Source of the DNA: an uncultured Gammaproteobacteria bacterium
Lineage (GTDB): Bacteria; Patescibacteriota; Microgenomatia; UBA12405
Assembly (NCBI GenBank): GCA_964434125.1
Contig: CAYSTF010000001.1
Location: 1-28,572 of the forward strand
DNA length: 28,572 nucleotides
Reading direction: 5' to 3'
In this document: in pieces, positions 1-10,076 of the stretch
Layout: each line of letters opens with the position of its first letter
How positions within the stretch are numbered: the first letter of the stretch is position 1
Made by a program: the position numbers and the translations under genes
The notes under the pieces: generated by a model
The model's input: the letters and a program-made list of their open reading frames with translations, nothing else
Told to the model about the DNA's origin: nothing
The model's database searches: none

Positions 1-378
1 GCTGATACTTGTTGGGAAGAACAAGCCAAAAAGGCTGGATTTGATACCAACAAAATTACTGAGTGCTTCAACACTCAAGCAGCTGAGTTAATCGACAAAG
101 AAATTGCTCTAACCACTCAGTATAAAGTTCAAGGTTCTCCAACTTTAAAAATTAATAACGCGGATTTCCCACCAGAAGCCGCCTACACTTCTGACAACAA
201 AGGTAGTCTAAAAATTGGTAAAAAAGTCTTTACTCAAGACCAATACCGAACTTCAGAAGCTATCAAAGAAGCCATTTGTGCCTCGTTTAACAAAGCTCCA
301 AAGCAATGTAAAACAGTACTTGAAATGCCTAAAAACGAAAATGGTCAAGTTCAAGGTGCCGCTCAAGGCGGATGCTAA
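1..378 (+). CDS. 3' part of a DsbA/thioredoxin-fold-like protein (5' end outside window)
   Basis: Frame 1 is open from base 1 to TAA at 376-378 (ADTCWEEQAKKAGFD...YKVQGSPTLKIN...ICASFNKAPKQC...AAQGGC*). The V-x-G-S-P-T-L-x-I-N cis-Pro motif is typical of DsbA-like proteins. Followed by a terminator. Confidence 0.6.
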   Translation, partial: ADTCWEEQAKKAGFDTNKITECFNTQAAELIDKEIALTTQYKVQGSPTLKINNADFPPEAAYTSDNKGSLKIGKKVFTQDQYRTSEAIKEAICASFNKAPKQCKTVLEMPKNENGQVQGAAQGGC

Positions 379-393
379 TTCATTTTAAAACTC

Positions 394-430
394 AAAACCC
401 CTCCCAAATTAAAAGGAGGGGTTTTTGTTT
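394..430 (+). terminator. Rho-independent terminator
   Basis: Stem AAAACCCCTCC (394-404) / GGAGGGGTTTT (415-425) with a T-rich tail, 15 nt after the stop codon. Confidence 0.85.
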
Positions 431-552
431 GGTAAAATACCATCATCACAAAATAATTAATTTGCCTTAAAGATAAAAAATATTTTTTAGCTTACATAAA
501 ATCTTGTAAAGCAAATTCACATCTAATGAAAATAATTTATTTTTTTAATCTA

Positions 553-768
553 GTGAAACTCAATTCACATCAGATCCGAAAAAATTTTAATTTTATTTCT
601 TTATTATCTTTCATATGAAACTCAATTCACACCAAATCAGAAAAAATTTTAATTTTATTTCTTTTTTATCTTTCATATGAAACCCAATGCACACCAGATC
701 CGAAAAAATGTTAATTTTATTTCTTTTTTGTTTTTCTTATGAGATTAAATTCACATCAAATTCGAAAG
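553..768 (+). repeat. Three tandem 62-bp repeats plus a partial fourth copy forming the first 10 codons of the SpoU gene
   Basis: Units begin at 553 (GTG), 615 (ATG), 677 (ATG) and 739 (ATG of the CDS), an exact 62-bp period. Consensus is close to ATGAAACTCAATTCACAYCARATCMGAAAAAATTTTAATTTTATTTCTTTTTTATCTTTCAT. A degenerate fragment (AATTCACATC) lies at 514-523. Confidence 0.95.
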
Positions 769-1278
769 AGTAGGGAAGTGGATGCCAAAAAATTACAAAC
801 CGAAATCAAACGTAACCCTTTAGTTTTAGTTTTAGACAACGTCTTAGACACCTACAATATTGGCTCTTTTTTTAGGTTAGCCGATGCTCTTGGTGCCCAA
901 AAAATTTATCTTTGTGGTCCCATTGTCACTCCACCAAACATAAAAATACACCGTTCATCAATTGGCACCTGGAAATGGATACCTTGGGAGCAATTCGACT
1001 CAACTGTTGAATGTCTCCAACACCTAAAATCACAAAAGTATCAAATAATCGCCTGTGAGCAAGACAAAACCAGTGTCAATTATAAAAAGGCTACATATAC
1101 TACCCCTATCGCTCTAATCGCTGGTAGTGAATCTAACGGTGTTTCTCCCCAAGCTTTAAAAATGGTCGATCAAATAGTTGAAATCCCTATGTATGGGATA
1201 AATGTTTCGTTAAACGTTTTAGTTGCAACTGCAATAATTGGGTACGATATTCTTTCAAAAATATTGCCCGAAAATTAG
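739..1278 (+). CDS. SpoU/TrmH-family RNA 2'-O-methyltransferase (SPOUT)
   Basis: Motifs LVLDNV-DTYNIGSFFRLADALG, LIAGSESNGVS and IPMYGINVSLNV match SpoU motifs 1-3. Substrate cannot be determined from sequence. Confidence 0.9.
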   Translation: MRLNSHQIRKSREVDAKKLQTEIKRNPLVLVLDNVLDTYNIGSFFRLADALGAQKIYLCGPIVTPPNIKIHRSSIGTWKWIPWEQFDSTVECLQHLKSQKYQIIACEQDKTSVNYKKATYTTPIALIAGSESNGVSPQALKMVDQIVEIPMYGINVSLNVLVATAIIGYDILSKILPEN

Positions 1279-1360
1279 GTAATATTTTTACCAAAAATTG
1301 TCTAAAAATTTTAATTTAAATTAAGACAAATAATCCCTGTAATTCCACATAATTTGCTTA

Positions 1361-1389
1361 TTGTAAAGCTATTTAGGCTCTGTTAGAAT
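1361..1389 (+). promoter_or_regulatory. Putative sigma70 promoter of gyrBA
   Basis: TTGTAA (1361-1366), 17-bp spacer, TAGAAT (1384-1389) with a TG extension at 1381-1382. Confidence 0.55.
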
Positions 1390-1468
1390 GAATCTGTTCC
1401 TAAATTAAGTATAAATAATTATTTTTTTTAAATTTTTATAAATTAGGACTTAGAAATTAGATTTTTGA

Positions 1469-3421
<1,953 letters not shown>

Positions 3422-3505
3422 ACATATGAAACTTAAAAAAATATTAAAAATTACCAAAAACAATGTTCTCTCTTGTCAAAGAGAGAAATAAAGAGAGATT
3501 GATTT

Positions 3506-6214
3506 ATGGCTGAAGAAAAAAATAAAATTGTCACCGACGTTGTCAGAACAAATACCAATATTGGTCAAGTCATTGATATTGATATTGTTCCTGAGATGGA
3601 AAGGTCATATTTAGACTACGCCATGTCAGTTATCGTTTCTCGGGCTTTACCTGATGTCAGAGACGGTCTTAAACCAGTTCATCGTCGAATCATTTATGCC
3701 ATGGATCAGATGGGTCTTGGTAGCGGCAGAAATACTAAATCAGCCAAAGTTGTTGGTGAGGTATTGGGTAAATATCATCCTCATGGCGACTCGTCAGTTT
3801 ATGGAGCCTTGGTTCGTTTGGCTCAGGATTTTTCTCTACGTTATCCTTTGGTAAAAGGTCAAGGAAATTTTGGTTCAATCGATGGTGATCCTCCAGCCGC
3901 AATGCGTTACACCGAAGTCAAAATGGACAAAATTTCTCAAGAAATGATTGTTGATATCAACAAAGAAACAGTTGATATGATGGACAATTTTGACGCTACT
4001 ATCCAAGAACCAACTGTTTTACCATCTCGAATACCCAATCTTTTGATGAACGGAGCCGACGGTATTGCTGTCGGCATGGCCACTCGAATTCCACCACACA
4101 ACCTAAAAGAACTATGTAGCGCAATTGATATTATTTTGGACAAAAGTAATCTAGAAATTATTGAACCAGAAATTGAAATTAACAATCTCCTTTCAGCACC
4201 TAAAAACACTCAAGAACTAGTTCTTCGTCCAGTATATGAAATAGAAAAACAAAAATATAATTTTGAAACCAACGCTACAATTGACGAGTTGACAAAAGTT
4301 ATCCAAGGCCCAGATTTTCCTACCTATGGTGAAATATACGGTAAAACCGGAATTTTAGAAATGTACAATACTGGTCGAGGAAAATTTGCTGTTCGAGGTA
4401 AAACTAATATTGAAGAAACAAAATCTGGCAAAATTAGGATTATTATTACCGAACTACCTTATCAGGTCAACAAAGCTGAATTTGTCAAAAAAATTGCCGA
4501 TTTAGTTCATGATAAAAAAATTATTGGAATTTCCGATCTTCGCGATGAATCCGACAGGCACGGTATTCGTGTTGTTGTTGAAATTAAAAAAAATGGTAAA
4601 CCCAAATCAATTCTAAACAAACTTTATAAATATACCGCCCTCCAATCGTCTTACTCGGCAAACATCTTAGCATTGGTCAATGGAGTCCCTCAAACCCTAA
4701 ATTTACGCCAAATGTTACTATTATTCTTACGTCATCGAGAAAACATTATTCGTCGCCGCACAGTTTTTGATCTAAAAGGCGCCATGATGCGAGCTCACAT
4801 TTTAGAAGGTCTCAAGAAAGCCCTAGATTTTATCGATGAAGTAATCAAAACTATCCGATCAACCAAACCAGACGAAGATGCAAAAACTCGTCTAATGGAA
4901 AAATTTGAATTTACCGATCTTCAAGCTCAAGCCATTTTAGATATGCAACTTCGCAAACTTTCCGGACTTGAACGCCAAAAGTTAGATGACGAATTTAACC
5001 AAGTCCAAAGCACAATTAACTACCTAACCTCAATTTTGACTAAATCATCAGAAATGATCAATGTCCTAAAATCAGAAAATAAAGAAATATCAGAAAAATA
5101 CGGCGATTCTCGTAGAACAAAGATATATGTCCGAGGGTTAGAAGATTTTAGTGAAGAAGATCTTGTCCCCAACGAAGCTGTTTTGGTAGCACTTACAAAA
5201 ACCGGATACATCAAACGAGTTCCAAAAGATACTTATCACACTCAAAAACGAGGAGGAATAGGTGTTGTTGGCATGACCACCAAACTTGAGGATGAAATCG
5301 AATGTATGTTGTCAGTTGATACTCACGATGATTTGTTATTTTTTACCAACAAAGGACGAGTCTTCAAAACCAAAGTTTGGGATATTCAAGAGGGGACTCG
5401 GCAAGCCAAAGGTCAGGCCATAATTAACTTAATAAACATTCTTCAGGGAGAAATTGTCCACACCGTTCTCCCAATTAACAAAGAAAGTACGTCAAAATAT
5501 ATTCTATTAGCCACCAAAAAGGGAGTTATCAAAAAAACCTCAATTGATAAATTCAAAAATATTCGGCAAACAGGCTTAGCTGCAATTAAGCTAGACTCAA
5601 ACGACCAACTAACTTGGGCAAAACTTACTAACGGAGAAAACCAAATATTTTTAGTTACCAAAAATGGGAAGTGTATTCGTTTCAACGAATCGGATGCTCG
5701 AGCTATGGGTCGACACACACGAGGCGTTAGGGGTATTTTATTAAAAGAAAATGATTATTTGGTTAGTATGGATGTAATCCCTTCAACTATAGAAAAAGCA
5801 AAGGACAAAACTAACACAAAGTCCTTTCGTCATTTACTAGGTGTAACCGAAAATGGAGTTGGTAAAAGGACCGATGTTTATTTATATCCAATCCAAAAAC
5901 GAGGCGGAATTGGGGTAAAAGTTGCCAATCTTACACCCAAAACCGGAAACATTGCTGCAGCTCAAGTAGTTTCAGAAAATGATGATCAAGTGATTTTAGT
6001 TTCAAAAAAAGCAGTCACTATCAAGCTTCCACTAAAGAATATTCCCACTCTCAAAAGAAACACAAAAGGAGTAATATTGATGCGTTTTAAATCAACCGAC
6101 GATAAACTTAACGCTATGACCATTTTGCAAAAAAATACTGAAACATCAGATCGTGTTGAATCACCGCTAGAACCTAAAAAACAAAAACCATCAACACAAA
6201 CAAAGACATTATAG
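3506..6214 (+). CDS. gyrA: DNA gyrase subunit A
   Basis: [23 protein letters not shown], catalytic AAMRYTE and a GyrA-box (QKRGGIG) in the CTD, which indicates gyrase rather than ParC. Confidence 0.97.
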   Translation: MAEEKNKIVTDVVRTNTNIGQVIDIDIVPEMERSYLDYAMSVIVSRALPDVRDGLKPVHRRIIYAMDQMGLGSGRNTKSAKVVGEVLGKYHPHGDSSVYGALVRLAQDFSLRYPLVKGQGNFGSIDGDPPAAMRYTEVKMDKISQEMIVDINKETVDMMDNFDATIQEPTVLPSRIPNLLMNGADGIAVGMATRIPPHNLKELCSAIDIILDKSNLEIIEPEIEINNLLSAPKNTQELVLRPVYEIEKQKYNFETNATIDELTKVIQGPDFPTYGEIYGKTGILEMYNTGRGKFAVRGKTNIEETKSGKIRIIITELPYQVNKAEFVKKIADLVHDKKIIGISDLRDESDRHGIRVVVEIKKNGKPKSILNKLYKYTALQSSYSANILALVNGVPQTLNLRQMLLLFLRHRENIIRRRTVFDLKGAMMRAHILEGLKKALDFIDEVIKTIRSTKPDEDAKTRLMEKFEFTDLQAQAILDMQLRKLSGLERQKLDDEFNQVQSTINYLTSILTKSSEMINVLKSENKEISEKYGDSRRTKIYVRGLEDFSEEDLVPNEAVLVALTKTGYIKRVPKDTYHTQKRGGIGVVGMTTKLEDEIECMLSVDTHDDLLFFTNKGRVFKTKVWDIQEGTRQAKGQAIINLINILQGEIVHTVLPINKESTSKYILLATKKGVIKKTSIDKFKNIRQTGLAAIKLDSNDQLTWAKLTNGENQIFLVTKNGKCIRFNESDARAMGRHTRGVRGILLKENDYLVSMDVIPSTIEKAKDKTNTKSFRHLLGVTENGVGKRTDVYLYPIQKRGGIGVKVANLTPKTGNIAAAQVVSENDDQVILVSKKAVTIKLPLKNIPTLKRNTKGVILMRFKSTDDKLNAMTILQKNTETSDRVESPLEPKKQKPSTQTKTL

Positions 6215-6332
6215 GAAATGTGTAATTAATAAGTACAAATTAGCAAACATACAATACTATTGCTAACAAGTCAGTAAAATCTAGTTTATCCCTAAAATAG
6301 GACAAAATATACTTATTGATACTTACAATAGT

Positions 6333-6360
6333 AGTAAATCATTGTTTACTATGATTTACT
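6333..6360. repeat. 28-bp palindrome (10-bp arms, 8-bp centre) downstream of the xer gene
   Basis: AGTAAATCAT-TGTTTACT-ATGATTTACT; the arms are exact reverse complements. Function is inferred only. Confidence 0.7.
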
Positions 6361-6425
6361 TGTTAAATTACCCCTACTATAGGACAATGTGGTTTTTTTT
6401 ATAAATCTAGAAGGGGAGAGGTGAC

Positions 6426-7358
6426 TTATTTATTTCCACTGTGATATTTTTCGTGAATTTCTCGCAATCTAGCATTAGTCACATGAGTATAAATTTGGGT
6501 TGTAGCAATATTTTTGTGACCCAAAATTTCCTGTACCGATCTAATGTCTGCACCATTTAACAACAAGTCAGTTGCCATTGAATGGCGAATAGTATGAGGA
6601 GTTGCCGCCACGGGTAAATTTGCCTGACGAACATATTTTTTAACCATTCTTTGAATCGATCTGGCGGTAAGTCTAACTTTTTCTTCTTCTAATACAATTT
6701 CATTTGGCTTAAGACTTCTTATAAAAAGCGGTTTATATTTGTCTAATCGTGATTTTATATATTTATCTACCCAACTAGCCGCCTGGTGGGAAATAAAAAC
6801 TATTCTTGACCTCCCCCCTTTTCCAATTACCCCAAATTCCCTAGTGTTTAGATTTATTTGTTCTCGGTCAAGGGACACTAACTCTGAAACCCGTAACCCC
6901 GTCGAAAACAACAACTCTAAAATAGCCCTATCCCGAAATCCAGTTTTTGCAGAATTTAATGGCTGATTTAAAAGTCTTTCAATTTGTTGGCCATCTAAAA
7001 ACTTTAATGAATGATCTCTATTCTTAGGTACGTCAAGTTTTTCTGGCTGCAACACTTTCATGTCGTTTTTTATCAACCACTTGAGAAACGATCTTATTGA
7101 AATTACATAATACCCCTGTGTGACCAACTTCATCTCTCCCTTAGTTCCTTTTTGCCTAGACAAAAATAATCTAAAATTTCTTACTGTTTCAGAATTAACA
7201 TCTTCTGTGGTTGGATTTGTTTTTCCATGATCAATTAGATATTTTATAAAAATGCTTAAATAATGTTCGTAATTTCTAATAGTTAATTTCGAACAGTTTT
7301 TCTCAATTTCTAAATGTTCCAAAAACCTTCTTTTTAACAATTGTAAATCATTATCCAT
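6426..7358 (-). CDS. XerC/XerD-family tyrosine recombinase
   Basis: N-terminal SAM-like domain; catalytic set intact: R (GLRVSEL), K (GKGGRSR), H-x-x-R (HTIRH), H (LGH), Y (TQIYTH). Confidence 0.95.
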   Translation of the reverse strand: MDNDLQLLKRRFLEHLEIEKNCSKLTIRNYEHYLSIFIKYLIDHGKTNPTTEDVNSETVRNFRLFLSRQKGTKGEMKLVTQGYYVISIRSFLKWLIKNDMKVLQPEKLDVPKNRDHSLKFLDGQQIERLLNQPLNSAKTGFRDRAILELLFSTGLRVSELVSLDREQINLNTREFGVIGKGGRSRIVFISHQAASWVDKYIKSRLDKYKPLFIRSLKPNEIVLEEEKVRLTARSIQRMVKKYVRQANLPVAATPHTIRHSMATDLLLNGADIRSVQEILGHKNIATTQIYTHVTNARLREIHEKYHSGNK

Positions 7359-7364
7359 ATTTCC

Positions 7365-7373
7365 ATATTACCA
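7365..7373 (-). promoter_or_regulatory. Extended -10 promoter of xer (probably leaderless)
   Basis: Minus strand reads TG-G-TAATAT-GGAAAT-ATG, so the -10 ends 6 nt before the start codon. Confidence 0.5.
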
Positions 7374-7586
7374 CTTAATACTTAGATAAATTAACTCAAA
7401 ATAGACGATACAATATTCGCAAATAATATTAAAATCATTTCTAGGGCATTTAGTGACGTCATATACATTTTATACCTATTTTATGGCATATTTATCATTT
7501 TTTATAAAAAATAACTTATCCGGCCAACTATTAAACCTTTGTCAGGGGAGACAGACTATCATAGGGGAGTCAAGGCCCAAAAAATA

Positions 7587-7609
7587 TGCCTAATAAAAAA
7601 TATTAGGCA
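7587..7609. repeat. Perfect inverted repeat / hairpin
   Basis: TGCCTAATA-AAAAA-TATTAGGCA (9-bp arms). Confidence 0.7.
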
Positions 7610-7926
7610 GTCAAGACAAAGAAGAGAAATATCGAAATTTATTTAATATTCAAAAAATATAAAAAACCAAAGACTTAATATAAAAGAGAAAATACAATAT
7701 TTATAAAAACATCCAAATGTCTCCCCCCCTCTGTTCAAAAAGTAACATACGTCGTAAAAGATACATTGTGCGACTCTATATTTTAACTTACCTACCACTA
7801 GGGAGATATCGTTATATTTTAATTTTCTATCAACCTAATTTAATCTCCATTAGAAATTGGTAATTAGAAATAATTAATTAAATCAACCCCTATCCTTCTC
7901 TTCCAGTCCTTCTCCCTGTGTACACT

Positions 7927-7972
7927 TTGATATAGTCTACGAAGCTAAACTTATCCACAGAGACTATATCAA
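7927..7972. promoter_or_regulatory. 12-bp inverted repeat enclosing a perfect DnaA box
   Basis: TTGATATAGTCT (7927-7938) and AGACTATATCAA (7961-7972) flank TTATCCACA (7951-7959). Confidence 0.55.
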
Positions 7973-7992
7973 TGTATATCATTATTTTGGAC

Positions 7993-8046
7993 CGTGAAAA
8001 TTATAGGATATATCGTGAAAACTATTATAGGATGTATATTATAGGA
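7993..8046. repeat. Short direct repeats: ATTATAGGA x3 and CGTGAAAA x2
   Basis: ATTATAGGA at 8000, 8024 and 8038; CGTGAAAA at 7993 and 8014. Confidence 0.8.
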
Positions 8047-8257
8047 CTCTCCCCTCCCTCACCAAGCCCTAAGTCTTTTTTTTTATACTTAAATCCAATT
8101 AATTTAGCTTCAAAATTAACTTTATTAGGTTTAATACTGTCAATTTATATATAAATACTTTAGGCTGTTTTGAAAGCACTACGCCAACTACCCCTCACTT
8201 CCCTATTTATTATAATTTTTATTACCTATTTACCTATTAAGGGAGAAACCTTACTAC

Positions 8258-10018
8258 TTACTTAATAAATCCACCGACTTGTATACCCCAAAGCTTACGA
8301 TAAATCCCTTTTTTGTTATTGATTAATTCGCTATGAGTTCCATCCTCAACAATTTTTCTTTTAGATAAAACTATTATCCTGTCTGCTCTTTTAATTGTTG
8401 ACAGTCTGTGAGCGATTATTAGGACTGTTTTGTTTTTCATCAAATTTGTTAATGATTTTTGAATATACTTCTCCGATTCAGAATCCAAACTTGAAGTTGC
8501 CTCATCCAAGACTAATATGGGCGAATTCTTTAATATTGCCCTAGCAATTGCCACCCGTTGTCTCTCCCCACCAGACAATTTTATTCCCCTATCACCAACC
8601 GTAGAATTGTAACCATCTTTTAATTTGGATATAAATTCATCACAATACGCCAGTTTTGCTGCCCTTATAACTTCCTCATCAGAGGCATCAACCTTACCGT
8701 AGCGAATATTTTCCATCAGACTTCGATGAAATAATATCGGATCTTGTGGTACTAAGCTAATATTATTCCTTAAACTGTCCTGAGTAACACTGATAATATC
8801 ATTACCATCTACCAAAATTCTTCCACCAGTAACATCGTAAAGCCTAAGCAACAATTTTGTTATAGTCGACTTACCCGATCCCGATAGCCCCACCAAGGCA
8901 ACTGTTTGCCCGGGATTTATAGTTAAATTTAAATTTTTTACCACATCTTGACTATCTTCATATTTAAAGCTCACGTTTTCAAATCGTATTTCACCACGCT
9001 TTACCCTCAGTTTTTTGGCGTTATTAGAGTCAACTATTTGATGAGGAAGTTTTAAAATTACTGTCATTTCTTCAGCATCAGCCAAACGTTCATATATCTT
9101 CATCATTATTCGACCAAAATCCCACACCAACATCACTGCCGAAAATAGATATGACTGAATCAATACAAAATCACCCACGGTGAGCATGTCTTTTTGCCAC
9201 AATCTAACAGAAAAATACAAAATCAACACCTCAAGAACCAACATCAAAAAAGATTGAACTCCATAAAAAATAGCTCCCATATCCCAAGTAAACTTTCGTA
9301 TTTTGTGCAAGTTCAAAGACAAATTACCATACGTATCGCTTTCATAAATATACCCATTAAACAATTTTATATTAATATTATTACTTATTGTGTCAGATAA
9401 TAGTCCGCTTGTTGCCGTTTCCGCTTCACTTCTCTGGATGTCAAATTTAAGTTTGTATTTGGTAAACCACCAATTAATTAACAGAAATACAACCATCCAG
9501 CCAAACATCCCCCACCCTAAAAATATATTTACTTTGGCTAAGACAAAAATCATTACTATTACACTTACAATTCCGGGGATGATTTCAAAAAACAATTGAT
9601 CAACTAGAAACTCAAAAGTATTAATAAAACTTTTATGTTTTTTGACAATTGATCCAGGAAAATTATTTGAAAAATACGAAAAAGAATGTTTTTGTAAATA
9701 ATCAAAACATTGTCGACTCAAATCAACCATCGATTTTGATTCAAAAAAATTGATAGTGAAAGATGCGATTCTCCACAATAGCCAACGAATAAACTTAATT
9801 ATCGCTATAAACACTAATATTTGCATTAACCTCGTCAAAACCCTATCTTTTACTCCCCCATCATACAAAACATTAAAAAAATTTTTTGACAATATCGGAA
9901 CAATCGAATCTAAAATCGCCCCAAAAACCACCCCCAAAGCCAGAATCCATCCAGTTACTTTGTGGTTAATCATCGCCGCCCAATAATATTTGAGGGTATT
10001 TTTGGTATTATCTTTCAT
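8258..10018 (-). CDS. ABC exporter, fused permease/ATP-binding subunit (MsbA/MdlB-like)
   Basis: N-terminal multi-pass TMD, Walker A GLSGSGKST, signature LSGGERQR, Walker B ILVLDEATSSLD and H-loop IAHRLST. Confidence 0.93.
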   Translation of the reverse strand: MKDNTKNTLKYYWAAMINHKVTGWILALGVVFGAILDSIVPILSKNFFNVLYDGGVKDRVLTRLMQILVFIAIIKFIRWLLWRIASFTINFFESKSMVDLSRQCFDYLQKHSFSYFSNNFPGSIVKKHKSFINTFEFLVDQLFFEIIPGIVSVIVMIFVLAKVNIFLGWGMFGWMVVFLLINWWFTKYKLKFDIQRSEAETATSGLLSDTISNNINIKLFNGYIYESDTYGNLSLNLHKIRKFTWDMGAIFYGVQSFLMLVLEVLILYFSVRLWQKDMLTVGDFVLIQSYLFSAVMLVWDFGRIMMKIYERLADAEEMTVILKLPHQIVDSNNAKKLRVKRGEIRFENVSFKYEDSQDVVKNLNLTINPGQTVALVGLSGSGKSTITKLLLRLYDVTGGRILVDGNDIISVTQDSLRNNISLVPQDPILFHRSLMENIRYGKVDASDEEVIRAAKLAYCDEFISKLKDGYNSTVGDRGIKLSGGERQRVAIARAILKNSPILVLDEATSSLDSESEKYIQKSLTNLMKNKTVLIIAHRLSTIKRADRIIVLSKRKIVEDGTHSELINNKKGIYRKLWGIQVGGFIK

Positions 10019-10076
10019 TATTTTGTCTTTGATTATACCCTATTTTAGGACTTATATTTAATATATAATTGTCTTT

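Noticed and set aside
553-768. CRISPR array interpretation of the 62-bp repeats
   Set aside because: The whole unit repeats with only point changes; there are no unique spacers and no cas genes.
7551-7938. Group I intron core (R-like ACAGACTA at 7551, S-like GATATAGTC at 7929)
   Set aside because: No host gene or exon boundaries, no recognisable P3/P4/P6, and the S-like motif is explained by the local palindrome. An Infernal search with group I models would settle it.
8022-8049. Canonical dif match around ATGTATATTAT
   Set aside because: Only the spacer and TTAT match; the rest of both arms do not, and the match arises from the ATTATAGGA repeat.
6412-8055. 9-bp inverted repeat AGGGGAGAG / CTCTCCCCT bracketing xer as mobile-element ends
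   Set aside because: Too short, no target duplication or cargo, and the recombinase looks like a housekeeping Xer with host-like codon bias.
7972-8154. 60-aa ORF on the + strand
   Set aside because: It merely translates the short DNA repeats (RENYRIY/RENYYRMY) and low-complexity sequence; no protein-like features.
7359-8257. Chromosomal origin (oriC)
   Set aside because: Only one perfect DnaA box and no dnaA nearby. Third-position bias (C-ending codons in + genes, G-ending in - genes) looks the same on both sides, so no skew switch is apparent. A computed cumulative skew would be decisive.
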